64,000 nt of DNA from Neoechinorhynchus agilis (GCA_051530055.1 CM121343.1:3380389-3444388), one strand, 5' to 3'. Positions 25,086-39,315 are shown, numbered from the stretch's first letter. The notes: generated from the sequence alone by a model not told the origin. Translations and numbers: made by a program.

Positions 25086-25830
25086 TTAATCCAAAAAGAA
25101 TAGGACCAATTTCCTCGTTTGGGTCCTCACAAAAATACTCAATTTCTGCTGGATTATATGAATGTTGATTATGGACTGGATCGCGGGTTCGAAAGTCGGT
25201 GGTTATTCTTATGAGGTTGGGTCTTTCCTCCTTTTCATTTCGGTTGATGGTATGGAAAAATGAGGGGGGCGGTTGGGAGAGGATGAAATGAATTGGGATT
25301 TGAAATTCGGGAGGCAAACTCACGGGTTTAATCGTTGACGGGAATACACGTTTATTTCTTAATCCAAAAAGAATAGGACCAATTTCCTCGTTTGGGTCCT
25401 CACAAAAATACTCGATTTCTGATAGATTAAATGAATGTTGATTATGGACTGGATCCGCGGGTTCGAAAGTCGGTGGTTATTCTTATGAGGTTGGGACTTT
25501 CCTCCTTTTCATTTCGGTTGATGGTATGGAAAAATGAGGGGGGCGGTTGGGAGAGGATGAAATGAATTGGGATTTGAAATTCGGGAGGCAAACTCACGGG
25601 TTTAATCGTTGACGGGAATAGCACGTTTATTTCTTAATCCAAAAAGAATAGGACCAATTTCCTCGTTTGGGTCCTCACAAAAACACTCGATTTCTGATAG
25701 GCCAAATGAATGTTGATTATGGACTGGATCGCGCGGGTTCGAAAGTCGGTGGTTATTCTTATGAGGTTGGGACTTTCCTCCTTTTCATTTCGGTTGATGG
25801 TATCGAAAAATGAAGGGAGGATGAAATGAA
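25086..25830. repeat. About 274-bp tandem repeat, about 2.8 units
   Basis: TTAATCCAAAAAGAATAGGACCAATTTCCTCG recurs at 25086, 25359, 25634. Confidence 0.92.
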
Positions 25831-27103
25831 TTTGGATTGTTTTGCTCATGTGAAAAGGAAACGACTTTAGAGTTATTGTTGGCGGATTATTCGTCTTAAT
25901 TGTTGAGTTTTGCGCAAATAAACACAGACCCCGATGTTTTTTCCCGTTGATTAACGGACTAGCCTTCTAGATCGGATTGAGATTATGTGAAAGATATTTC
26001 CAAACGATTTTTAGACATTAAAACGGCATGTCGTGTCTTTGAATACTTTAGACACTGTTTGAATTCCCTTGCAGGACCCAAATTCGCTACAAACAACGCC
26101 AACCTTTTGTAAACCGGCCTTCTGACGCAAAAATCGTTGAGCAGTTTATTTAAATCCATTCGTGCACTTTGTGTAAGTTAGCCCGACCGCAGCGTTTCGT
26201 TTATTTCCGATAGAGCTCAAAGACTGAATGCAAATTTGGTCGGGTAGTTATTCACCGCCCACATTGTACGGCTACGGTCCATCATCAATTGACATTCCTT
26301 CGGAATTGAATGGAATGATTGCGCCATTGTCATTTTATACAGCAAGTGCTTACAATTTTTGGACGTTGAATGGTAATGAGCGTAACCGTAAGTGAATGCT
26401 CAATGAGTCTACATTGGTTATTCGTGGTCGTGTAGCTTTATCACAAGTCGATTTAAGAGAAGCATTATGAATAGTGAGAAATTAACAACTCTACACATAT
26501 ATTGTAAAGTTGTTGAAATGTACATCAAAAAGTTAGAATGAGCAGTTGTAGTAACTCACTGAGTCAATGTTAGGAGCATGCGTTTCAACAGCTTCTCACA
26601 GTCACCCACATATTCTCCATGGTGCAGACTGCTCGATTTGTCATTCTTGGCGGCGGCGGTGGTGGTGGTGGAGAACCCTCCTTTCAACATTCCGCGCCCC
26701 ACCTGTGCAATGGTAAAAACCTTAGACTTTCAACCGAACTGTCATCTCAATGAATGCTCCCTAAGTCGATGATATCGTCTTAGAAGAAGAAGAGAAGTAA
26801 CGCAATTTGTGTGTGTGTGAAACAAGTGGAGCAACAACATTGCTTGTACGCTTTAATGATTTTGGTCTTAATGAAATCATTCTAGATTCTCTTATAAGAA
26901 AGAGAAGGTTGCTTTGCGGAATCAGTAACGTTGCCCACAGTCCTATTGCACTTTTTATTATTTGCTTATGCAAAATCAATACCATGTTCCAATAGGCACC
27001 ACACAAACTATGAGATCGAGGCAAGGTAAATCTATTCGATCATGAATAAATTTTCAAAACGACCCCTCGTACAAAAACACTTAAAATAATCTCTTCATAT
27101 TTA

Positions 27104-29532
27104 GAACTTCTGGCTACTGATAGTTATAGCGACGGTTCGCAGTTACCACCTAAGAGTCATGGCGCTTTTAGCCCTAAGATTCCAATTGCAAATGGAAAGG
27201 AAGAGTTTGGAGGACGGATGACAGTTCAGTCTCCTAGAAACCACCGTCGAAAATTATATCATCCAACACCGACGATAGGCCAACCAACCACCGGCCCCGT
27301 TGGGCCCGTCTATCCAAGTTTTGACAGTAAGTCAAAGCGTTTCCGACACCAAATTCCCTACGTGTTTAATCATAGAAGGACCTATCAGGGGTCGTAGCAT
27401 TTCCCCTGTACAACAGCCAACATTTCCACATTCAGGCGTACCACCTACAATATCCCAACACAAAAGTTTTCAACGAAACTACGATGAATCGTATCAACGA
27501 ACAAGGAAAAAACGATCGAAAAGTGTTAGCGGTTCATCGTCCACTTCAAGTGATTGGTATGTTATACCTCGAGGAAAAGGACATCATCAACATAGACCAC
27601 CACCGCATTACCGCTACAAGGGCAAATTTGATATCAATACGATGACTAAAAAGATTTCCCGTGTTCCATACAATCCTCCTCCTCCCATGCCACATGAATA
27701 TCCGGAACCACCGACATTTTTCCCGCCTCCGCCAATGCCGGAGATGATCCCCGTTCATTGCAGCAGGCCTTATTTTGACACACAGGCAACCTGCGGTGAA
27801 GGACAAGTACCCCCCTTCTTCGATCAGATGGGTGGAATGGCGAATGCTCTTCCTTCAAGACCACAAAGTCTATCGTCGATGCCTTACTTTCAAGGCGGCG
27901 GCGGCGGCGCCGGCGTCGGCGGCGGATTTAGTAATCCACCTATTCCACCGGGAGCGACGATACTTGCTCAGTACGTCAAGGACTTGGATGAACAACATAG
28001 CTTTAATCCAATGTATCCTCCACCAATCTCACATCCAATTCATGATGAAAGTCAATCGTTTTCATATCAACATGATATGCCTCCATTGATGCCCCATCAT
28101 TCAGCGCCGCCGAGATTCGAGAGGGTAATGGAAACCTGCGTTCCAAGCCAAGAAGTCATTGAAATATACAAAAAGAAGGTTTGCTACAAAATCACTTTTC
28201 ACATATTTCATCCGCATTACCCAGAAAAAACGGCGTCCGAACTATGGACACCACTTGGACCAAATGCGTAAAGATATTATAAGTAGTCTAACGTAGGTAT
28301 CTCCATGAGACCTTTTTAATATAAAGTTTATCCGATTTCAGATCAGAGTTGCAAAAACTTGAACGAGTCGAAGGTTCGCCAACTTTTTTTTGCTGTTGTT
28401 GCTGCTATTCTAACCCGCTTTTCACTTAGGTACAAAAGGCGGGCATGACCAACAACAACAACCGGTAAAGGTTATAGTCCAGCCAATTCAACCTGTCTTC
28501 TACATGCCACAAAATACGACTTCTCAGACTAGTAGTCAAGCAGCTCCGTCGGTAGTCTACGTACCTAGAAACGTATACGTTCCGGTTGTAAAGCCAGTTT
28601 TTGTTCCGCGTGAACGTGTTATAGTGCGTCCACAAGTCGTCCATGTTGCAAGACCTGTCGTAATTGACCGACCTGTACCAGTATCTCAACGGCCGATTGT
28701 AATTGAACGAGAAAAACCTATTCCTTATCCAGTCAGAACACCAGTTCACTTCCAAGACGGAACTGGACAAATGGAGGAACACAGTGTTCAAGAACAGTAC
28801 GTTTACGCTGACAATATTCCTGCGGCGTATGGTGGACGCACCGGGGAGTTTGCTTACGGTCTAAATTATGGTTACCAACCTACGGATGACCGGTATCGCT
28901 ATGTTGTGTCCGGCTGTGACTATTCAGGCCCCGTCAACATTGAAGTCCTTAGTCAAGGTCAAGTAATTGCCCGGCGGTCAGCACAAGTAGAACACATTGG
29001 TGGTACACATCACGGATACCAACAAACTAACTATGGCAGCATTCAACACTCGGCTTCACTGGGTTCAGTGCATCAGTATAATCACCAGTATAATACGCAG
29101 CCTCTTGTTGGAAGCCCACATCACTTTGAACTCGGTGTAGAAGCAACTGACGTTGATCGAGTCGCAGCACATCATCATCAAGGAATAATGGTGGGCGATT
29201 CTCAGGGACAGACTGGTAAAAGCTTTGAAGTGCTAGATCCAAACGGAAATGGAGAATGGGAACGTGTAGACTCTAGAATCCTCCAGGATAGATATGGATC
29301 ATCTGCAGTCCGGATGGCACAGTTAACTAACCAGGATGAATATCGAATGGAAGATAATCTTACTGGGATGCCCCATGATACGGCTTCATCCTCATTTGAA
29401 CGCCTTACTACAAATGGGCTTCGAACTCACGAGGGACAAGAATTTTCGCCTGAAAACCCCATGATGACGATGATGAATGATGCGACCGGTGCTGATGTGG
29501 CGCATAAAATTCAATTACCCGTTCGCACATAG
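27104..29532 (+). CDS. Unknown Pro/His-rich protein with a V/P-rich repeat region; 5' end lies further upstream
   Basis: Exons join in frame through four canonical introns (FD|KGPIRG; KKK|KKRRPN; SLT|SELQK; VEG|TKGGH) into ORF 28504-29532. Confidence 0.6.
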
Positions 29533-29766
29533 TAGTGAGCTTAGAAACATCTTTTTAATAAACATTTATAATCCAAAGGGCCTAACATTTCCACGCCTAA
29601 AGTGCCTTATTTTCTGATTTCGTTCTTGATTTATTGAGCGAAAATAAATCAACACTTTTTTGTTATTTATGATGATTACGAGGCTTAAATCGACATCTAA
29701 GAAGATCGGCCATGCTAAATATATATCGCATTATTTCATACTAACATTTTAGAATAATAAATTTAT

Positions 29767-30574
29767 TGTCATATATCATTGTCCTCGGGGTGAATTTGAG
29801 TGTACGTTGGCGAATCCTGTCCCCGGTGTTATCGATACTCATTTATTTTAGAAATATTTCGCAAGGTTTTCCTTGCCTCTTCAGTCTATCTAAAATGGAG
29901 GGCATTAACAGCACCATTTTAGATAGACTGAAGAGGCAAGGAAAAACCTTGCGAAATATTTCTAAAATAAATGAGTAACGAAAACACTGGGGACAGGATT
30001 CGCCAACGTACAAGATATTGATTTAGTATTCTTAAAATAGATATTGATTTCATATATCATTGTCCTCGGGGTGAATTTGAGTGTACGTTGGCGAATCCTG
30101 TCCCCGGTGTTTTCGTTACTCATTTATTTAAGAAATATTTCGCAAGGTTTTCCTTGCCTCTTCAGTCTATCTAAAATGGAGGACATTAACAGCACCATTT
30201 TAGATAGACTGAAGAGGCAAGGAAAAACCTTGCGAAATATTTCTAAAATAAATGAGTAACGAAAACACTGGGGACAGGATTCGCCAACGTACAAGATATT
30301 GATTTAGTATTCTTAAAATAGATATTGATTTCATATATCATTGTCCTCGGGGTGAATTTGAGTGTACGTTGGCGAATCCTGTCCCCGGTGTTTTCGTTAC
30401 TCATTTATTTTAGAAATATTTCGCAAGGTTTTCCTTGCCTCTTCAGTCTATCTAAAATGGAGGACATTAACAGCACCATTTTAGATAGACTGAAGAGGCA
30501 AGGAAAAACCTTGCGAAATATTTCTAAAATAAATGAGTAACGAAAACACCGGGGACAGGATTCGCCAACGTACA
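29767..30574. repeat. Three tandem 281-bp units, each containing a 212-bp near-perfect foldback
   Basis: Foldbacks at 29801-30012, 30082-30293, 30363-30574; arms about 98 bp, 15-nt loop. Confidence 0.95.
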
Positions 30575-31746
30575 ATAATAAATTTATGTTTAATCCTATG
30601 CAAAATGATTCCTAATTCACATTTTTTATTAAAAGATTCTTATTCCTACAATGTGTTCTGAGTAATCAAATTTTTATAAATGGAATATACAATTATCGAA
30701 AGCAATGCAAAACTTCCATCTAAAAAATAATGACGAATCGGGATTAAAAGGGTGCAAAACCCGCCAATATAAATCCATTCTCAAAAAATAAGTCACAACA
30801 TTTGATAATCTGACAAGTTTCTTAGAAAATTCAATGAAGACAAGGAACCTTAAAAATGAAATCTACAAAGCTAAAGTTTCTATTCTCAATAAAACATCTC
30901 CAATCCGAGATTACGACCACCACATCTTCAACTCTATAATCCCAAAGGATTTTCTCTTGACGGTGACTTCGTGTTTCCTTAAACGGATAAAACCGAAAGT
31001 TTACTTCAAAGATAAATAATAAGCAGAAATAAACTGCTTTTCTGCGCATTGATTAAGAAATATTTTATTACTTTCGTCCTTTTTTCCATTTGATGGAATC
31101 TTCGAACTAAGCTATTAATTTTAACCATTGTTTAAAAACGCATGAAATAATCATCGACAGGAAATCCTCAAGGATGATAGAGTAGGAGATGTGGTCATCG
31201 TAATAGTTAATAGAAATTATTTTATTGGATTGAGGTATTTCGCGAGCCTCGCCTGAATCAGTAAAATACTTTTTACCTTTGGATTACGATCCCCGCATCT
31301 CCATCCTTGAATTTGTTGGTCTTTCTTAAAGGTGCGATGAATGTAGAGTCATAGAGTCTGATTTTGCCCATTTTTATTAAAAGAAAAAGTGCTTCGAACT
31401 TTGAACGCAGGATAAAACTCACTTCTGAGGATCCGGGGGGGGTTTGTACAAACTTGAGAGTCTAAGGTGATTCAATCACTTCTCGGATTTAAGAGACCGG
31501 TTTGTCTGTATGTTCAAAAACCGTTAAACACGAAATCTTTTAGAATGTTCATATCTTTAGGAAAAGCGGCTTATTTACGACGGAAGCGTCTTTTAGACGA
31601 TGGGGCGCCTTTGCAGCGCAGAGCTGAATAGAAGCTGACTAGAGCGAATAGAGTTTGAGGGAGCGCCACAATCAAGGAATATTAGCACAAGAAAAGAATA
31701 AATTTGAAAGGTAGCATCCATTCTATTTATATTTGAAACCTTTACA

Positions 31747-32064
31747 ATGAAATCGATGGATGAGATGATCAGTGAAATGCGAGAGAGTGTGATTTCGTTG
31801 CAAAATCAGAAGGAAATAACGAGAAAGCAATTCCAAGACCAGAAAGAAGAAATTCAATCACGAATCAATGAAATTAACCGAACCCTATCGCTGAACAAAG
31901 CAATCGTGGATATGAACATTTCGTTAAAGCATCAATGGTTAATCAAGAAACGGAGCATGCTATGCCCCAACAATGAGTGGAAATTTGAAGGAATGTTGTT
32001 TGCACGCAACAACATATTGCATGCTGATAGAAACAGTTCGATTGCTGTTGATCAAAAAAAGTGA
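31747..32064 (+). CDS. Small coiled-coil-like ORF
   Basis: 105-aa ATG-initiated ORF with heptad-like E/K/Q content; no family recognised. Confidence 0.3.
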   Translation: MKSMDEMISEMRESVISLQNQKEITRKQFQDQKEEIQSRINEINRTLSLNKAIVDMNISLKHQWLIKKRSMLCPNNEWKFEGMLFARNNILHADRNSSIAVDQKK

Positions 32065-32211
32065 ATAATCTATTAAAATCCTATATAATTTGATTATGCC
32101 ACTGCTCTAATGGATCATTCAAAGCTCCCGTCCTGGTGTAATTCTCGAGAGGTAAAAATTCGCCATTAATAAAAATTAAAAACCACTCGAAAGCAACCTT
32201 GAATAAAAGCT

Positions 32212-33651
32212 CTTACAATGCTGATCATTTTCATCCTTGGGCACACGGATGATTTTACGAGATTCCCTAGCCCAGATCGGTGAGTTGTTCTTCAAAAAAA
32301 TAATCAGCCGTGTAAGTTCATTTGAACATTTTGGTGAACATTCCTTACAATGCTGATCATTTTCATCCTTGGGCACACGGATGATTTTACGAGATTCCCT
32401 GGCCCAGATCGGTGAGTTGTTCTTCAAAAAAATAATCAGTCGTGTAAGTTCATTTGAACATTTTGGTGAACATTCCTTACAATGCTGATCATTTTCATCC
32501 TTGGGCACAAGAATGATTTTACGAGATTCCATGGCCCAGATCGGTGAGTTGTTCTTCAAAAAAATAATCAGCCGTGTAAGTTCATTTGAACATTTTGGTG
32601 AACATTCCTTACAATGCTGATCATTTTCATCCTTGGGCACACGGATGATTTTACGAGATTCCCTGGCCCAGATCGGTGAGTTGTTCTTCAAAAAAATAAT
32701 CAGTCGTGTAAGTTCATTTGAACATTTTGGTGAACATTCCTTACAATGCTGATCATTTTCATCCTTGGGCACACGAATGATTTTACGAGATTCCATGGCC
32801 CAGATCGGTGAGTTGTTCTTCAAAAAAATAATCAGCCGTGTAAGTTCATTTGAACATTTTGGTGAACATTCCTTACAATGCTGATCATTTTCATCCTTGG
32901 GCACACGGATGATTTTACGAGTATCCCTGGCCCAGATCGGTGAGTTGTTCTTCAAAAAAATAATCAGCCGTGTAAGTTCATTTGAACATTTTGGTGAACA
33001 TTTCTTACAATGCTGATCATTTTCATCCTTGGGCACACGGATGATTTTACGAGAATCCCTGGCCCAGATCGGTGAGTTGTTCTTCAAAAAAATAATCAGC
33101 CGTGTAAGTTCATTTGAACATTTTGGTGAACATTCCTTACAATGCTGATCATTTTCATCCTTGGGCACACGGATGATTTTACGAGATTCCCTGGCCCAGA
33201 TCGGTGAGTTGTTCTTCAAAAAAATAATCAGCCGTGTAAGTTCATTTGAACATTTTGGTGAACATTCCTTACAATGCTGATCATTTTCATCCTTGGGCAC
33301 ACGGATGATTTTACCAGTATCCCTGGCCCAGATCGGTGAGTTGTTCTTCAAAAAAATAATCAGCCGTGTAAGTTCATTTGAACATTTTGGTGAACATTTC
33401 TTACAATGCTGATCATTTTCATCCTTGGGCACACGAATGATTTTACGAGTATCCCTGGCCCAGATCGGTGAGTTGTTCTTCAAAAAAATAATCAGTCGTG
33501 TAAGTTCATTTGAACATTTTTTTGAACATTCCTTACAATGCTGATCATTTTCATCCTTGGGCACAAGAATGATTTTACGAGATTCCCTGGCCCAGATCAA
33601 TGAGTTGTTCTTCAAAAAAATAATCAGCTGTGTAAGTTCATTTGAACATTT
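32212..33651 (-). repeat. 132-bp tandem array, 11 units, open as a 44-aa Cys-containing repeat on the minus strand
   Basis: ORF 32176-33750 contains 11 copies of KCSNELTRLIIFLKNNSPIWARESRKIIRVPKDENDQHCKECSP. Confidence 0.95.
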
Positions 33652-34577
33652 TGAAAAAATAATATAAAAATATTGACTAAACACTCCGATGAAAAAGCGC
33701 CACTGCTCTAATGGATCATTCAAAGCTCCCGTCCTGGTGTAATGGTCCAAAGGATGCTTTGCAGGAGGAAAGCTCGTCCTCGGATGATGGTCTTAGTGTC
33801 TTGGACAATTGTTTTAAGAGGCTCGCGCAATCTTTGGACCATACAACTCGACAGTGCTTGGAGGAAATAACGACGATTTCGAAGCGCCGTTCCAATCGCA
33901 CTTCTTTTCAGAGTCCAGTTCAATTTTGCGTCTTTCGGTCGCCATTTGACACCAGCGCTACTTTTTGTTTGCTCGTTACTAAACGGCAGAAATGAAGGCG
34001 TTGTTGTGCAATTGATATTTCGGTTGTTTTCTGTGTGAATAAAGATTAAACTGATTTTATATTTAAAATCCGATTTGTTTCGGAGGCATAATCTTCTTGA
34101 TCAGAGGGCGTACAAGATTGTAATAAAATCATTTTAATTTTTCTTCAGACAGAAAACAACAAACATCAAGTTCACCAAGTATCCGAGAGCACTTTTGAAG
34201 CCGTCATGGGGAGTAATTTCTTTTCGATTAAAAAGACGTTCTGCGAACCTCGTATCACGCTTTGAGATTGATCTGAAAAGGCGATGACGTCATTGGGCAG
34301 TGGCCGCTCGTTCTCGTTCCAAAGCGCGCGCGCGCGTCCGGTCACCTGCGTGTATTACGTCACGCTTTGTACGTCAGAAACGGCGTTGAGTTTTGGAAGC
34401 GTCGTAGCTCACGAACCTGTGAATCGGAGGAGTTTGTCTTAGATTTGGTTTACTAGTGCCAAGCATGGCCATCCTTCGCATATCATCGTGGCACGCGTCA
34501 GTTTTGTAATTGCGTAAATCTGCCTCACTGGGTTTCTGTTTGGAGCGGTTTTGATCTCTCGCAAACTCACTTTAGAT

Positions 34578-37500
34578 ATGGACGACAGTGGTAGCAATAA
34601 GATGGGACGAATGGCTGCCTTTTTTGACGAACTCGAAGATGCGGACTTGGGATTGGGGATTAATCCGTTTTTGAAGCTTCCTTCCAGAAGACGATATCCT
34701 TCGTACTATGAAACCATAGAACGGCCAATATCATTTAAATGCATTAGGAACGCTTTCGAGGTTCGGATTCGGCGTTAAGACTTTTTTGAGTCAAGATCAA
34801 TTTAGTCTGGGAAATACTCGAATTCACTTGAACTTATTTTCAAAGATTTAAAGTTAATGTTTCAAAACTGTATGTGCTTTAATAGTCCACATTCGGATAT
34901 TTATGAAGTAAGCAGTGTACTGTTCCATTTGCTTCTTTTTTTTATTGATTTCGTTTTTAGACGGCAGCCTCTTTTTTTGAGTTAGTGAGCCAGAAGGAAT
35001 CCGAATGGACACAGTCCGGACGTCATCACGAAGCTGTTAGAATTGTTAAGAGTAGCCATGAGAATGCGAAAGGCGGTGTGGTGACTCGTAGCATGGCGAG
35101 AGGTGGTGCCTTGACTCGTCGTGATAAGACTGAGGTACTACGTGAGAATATCCAAACCGTTAACTATAGCCGTTGCTCGGTCGCTGAGATGAGAAATGTT
35201 AAAATCATTTTCGATTGTGTCTTTGAACATAAAAGTGAAGGAAGCGGGAAACTGACTTGGAAATCCTTGGAGAAATACGTTGAAAAGATCGTGAGGACAA
35301 ACTTAAAGAGAAACCCATTGCTAATGGCTAGATTAGGAGAACAAGACGCGGTTCCCCCACAGTTGAACGTTGATTTTATGCAAGTCAAAACTAAACTAGC
35401 CAATCACGAATACAGGTCCGAATTCGATATAATTGAGGATTTTAGGACCATCTTTAACACGGTTTTGAAGCTAAATAGAGCGGATTCCTTACTTGCAAAG
35501 GATGCATCCATACTAAACAATGCATTAACGGCTCAAATCGAAGAGATCATGCCTTGTACAAACGACCTGAAATCAGAAGATAAATCAAGAGACGAATCCG
35601 TAAAGGAAGATCAAACACGGGATCGAAGTTTGATTCGGACGATCTTAAACAAACTATCCAAAATCAAAATCAAGCCCGAAGATCAACGTCCATTGTGCGA
35701 ACAACTTATGAACTTGCCAACAAACGCATGTCGAAACCTTGAAACTGTTAAAGATTTAATTGACATGAAAAAAATAATCAAAAAAGCACAATCTTACAAA
35801 TCAATCAATGAATTCGTTTTAGACATGCGTCAATTGATTCTCAATATTTGCAACGATGAGTCTTCGACTCTATTCCGGGATGCACTATATCTTCACTTTA
35901 AGTTCGTCGAAGCATATAATGAGGCCATAGAGAATTTCTCTGATGTGTCGATTGCAAAAAACGAGATTTGCTCAATGATTAGTAAATTAATAAGACGAGT
36001 TATTCGAACCAAGGATCCTGATGGAAGATTTTACGCGGATTCAATATTCGATCGGTATAAAAATACGCCCAAACTTAAGTTTAATAACGAATTCATTCCA
36101 TCTCTTCAAAGCTTAATCGTCTTGATTCGTCGAGGTTGCTATGAAAACTTTGATGTACTACAAACGCATTTTGTTAGTCTAATGGAATTCACAAGACGGA
36201 GCCATCATCCGACTGACCAAATTTATCAAGACACTTTGATGCTGCAATCGGCATTTCTTTACTTCCGCGAACATCTAATCACAGGACGGCTTTCGACTCC
36301 AGCTTTGAATCGCTGTCATTGGCTTTCTTATATAGAATCGCAATGCTGCACCGAGGAAGCGTTCAATGAAACCCACAACAAGACGGTTCAATTCGATCAA
36401 AGGCGTGATTTCATCGTCGATGAAGAAACCGACGGAGCAAAAGAATACACACTTGGGGATTTTCTAATTCTCAAGTCTTATGAAATCGTGTGCTTGACGG
36501 AGCGAAGTAACGAAGAAATATACTCAGGCAGAGTATTCATCAGAGCCTCACAAACTACACATTCATTGTTTCACTCATTTTTGGAAAACGAAGTGTTTTT
36601 AACAAATCGCAAATTGGTTTTTAAGAAGGAGGATGTAAACAAAAAGTGCATGATCATTTTTTATCCCATATTTCTACGCTACGATGTAAAATACGATCAA
36701 TCGCTTGATTTGTACTTGTGTGAAAGTTACTACGACTCGATAGCGACAGCCTTTTTCAAATTAAGAACTTGGAAAGTCAAAACGGTGCAATCGGATAGTT
36801 TATCTTCATCATCGCGAATTAAACCTTTGCTGAAGCGAAAACGAATAGGGCCCTTAAAGGGAGATTCCTGGTGCTGTATAGGCGACAAATCGATCATCAC
36901 TGATACCAACAATGGGGATCACTTAACCGTAGAAACCGAAGGAGGTAATAAAATGTTATTCTCAGTAGGACAAGGCGCGATCTTGACGTCGACTGCATTA
37001 GAGATGAAATTGATGGGAATGGACGTGAAAGCGAGCGAAACAAAGCTTCGATTTGTTATTGAAATCAAAAATCTATGGCGCACTCAAAATGGAGCATTTG
37101 CATCTGGGCCCGTGCACGTCGATCCGGTCCTAGTGCCCCATCACGCCGTCGATTTGTTTTACGAAAATGAATTCATTTTATTGAACAATGGCGAATCAGA
37201 TCATGTCATAAATTTGGCCGAGAACAATGTGAAACCATGCAGTATAACTACTGAAACCACGCAGAGAACTCGACTAACCACCTCTCGCTGTGACGTAGTC
37301 GTTCTAAAGCGACTAAAATACGACCACCAACCAAAAGGAGGAAAGTTGAGGAAAATTCGTCCCCGTTTCTCGGTAAGTTCCCAAACTTCGTGATTTCTTC
37401 CAGATCTCGGTTATTTCGTCATCGGAAAGTCTCAAATCACACACACGCGCACGCAAACTCACCTTGTTGGCCGAATTAGCCGTGTTTTGTTTCGCTATAT

Positions 37501-38746
37501 CCACATCGCCCAAGTGTCCGGCTCGAAACCTTCGTTACTTCTCGTTTAGCTTGCAGCCGACAGTTTTGAGGAAGAATTCCATCTCTCACGAATATATCCG
37601 AAATTGACGCCATCTCCGTTGCTGAAACTGGCTCTGACAAACGCAGGGATGAGTATTATGGAATCCGCCGTACAAGTGAACCAAATAATGGCCGATAGCG
37701 TTCAATCAGTTCGACAGCCGGAGCCGCCTTCAGCGCCGACGGTCACATCTCCGAAGAAACCTCGGAAAAGTCGGAGTGGACATCGGAAAACGGTCGCTGG
37801 TGGTCAAAGACGAACCCATAATGGGTGCGGATTTCTTTTGTTTTCAACTGAAGTACGTCCGGTTATTCGGCAAGAGAACCCGAACATCCCCTTCGGCGTA
37901 CTGAGTAAGCGAATTGGTGAACTATGGAGGGGATTATCCGCTGAGGAAAGAAGTCGATATGATGTCAGAGCGAAGGAAAAGGCTTTACAGGAGCGTATGG
38001 CTGCTGAGGCATCAGCTGAAGCTAACGCTGTTGAAACCGCACCGGCAGTCGATGATCCCAATGTAGGCCACCACCAACATCTTCTCGCTTCAAAGCATCC
38101 ACCAAGAGCACTGCAAAACAATAACCCTATCGATTCCGCTCAGCAGATCGTTTGTGGCCATGGTCAGACAATAATTGTACAAAAACCCAACGAACCGCCT
38201 CGTCAGTACACCCTTCGACGCTGCTTACCACCTCGAATTATCTATCAAGAGGACACCGCTGAAGCGACGGCAGCACCAGCAGTGGATCACGTTCGAGTGC
38301 TTTCGGACACGAATAGTCTTATTAAGAGACGCACCGTCGAAGTTAACGATGAAGTTGGCCGCAAGTCCAAAAGGATGGCCATGAGTGTTGTCTCGTCGTC
38401 TTCTATGGTTAGAGGAGACGAGAAAGGGGCCGCACGGGTCGAGTCTTTGTTTTCTTTAACAACGCAGAAATCCGGCGAAAAACAAAGTCAACTCGATTCC
38501 ATCATGGAGCCCATGAACGACGACGACATCGTCAATAACGACAACAACAACAACAACAACAATCGGGAAAGTCTACCACGTGTACTGCAACCGCAGTTCG
38601 GATATCCAATCACTCTTCCCTTGCTCTCATATCCGGACGCCGTTGAACAACAAGGAATTCGACGAGAGGTCTTTCGAACCGTAGACATTTTAGTTAACTT
38701 TGTTGATTTTCAAGTAGAACAAGCGAATAAGGAAACGGCGGTTTGA
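34578..38746 (+). CDS. PBRM1: Polybromo-1 / BAF180-like (about 4 bromodomains, 2 BAH, HMG box)
   Basis: Bromo motif LPSRRRYPSYYETIERPI...DLKLMFQNCMCFN; three more bromo-like blocks; BAH-like FLENEVFLT and FYENEFIL; HMG GFLLFSTEVRPVIRQENPNIPFGVLSKRIGELWRGLS. Canonical introns at 34761-34805, about 34908-34960 and 37373-37549. Confidence 0.88.
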
Positions 38747-39315
38747 CGTACGATATAACCAAGAGTAGCATGAACAAATGCCAAACGGACTCTTATAATG
38801 CTGTGAATTTCTAATAAACCAAAATGCAACCAGTCGCCGTGATCTTGCTGCTTACAGGTATCTAAACGCGCTTTTATTGAACATTTGAATTACATTGGAT
38901 CAACTTTTAACACAAATTCTTTTCTAATTTGCCTAATCGCGGGGAAAGCCTTTGAATGAAAGGGTTTTTATAGTGAGACAACTCGGCGAACGCATGCGGG
39001 AAATTTGGATTTAAGGTCGGATGCCCTTCCTGAAACCACTAAATGGACTCCATTCTAAACTGTGGGCCCTCCAAAGTCCATTTGGTGGTTTTGAGTTAGA
39101 GCATTCGACGACCCCCCCCCTCAGAAAGGTTTAGAATTGGGCGAAGAACCGAGAATGCTGAATTTTTGTCCAACGAACCACCCGCTCTTGTATTGCCGAT
39201 TTCCAAACACAAACAAATTGCAAAGTGTCTCAATCACAAACGGATTTCTCAATCGAGAAATGATCGGCGTTTTTTGTATTAGTGCGTGCACATTGAAGGG
39301 GGACATTTCAATAGC

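Noticed and set aside
29766-30540. Three similar 70-aa ORFs
   Set aside because: They lie within palindromic repeat units; no coding evidence.
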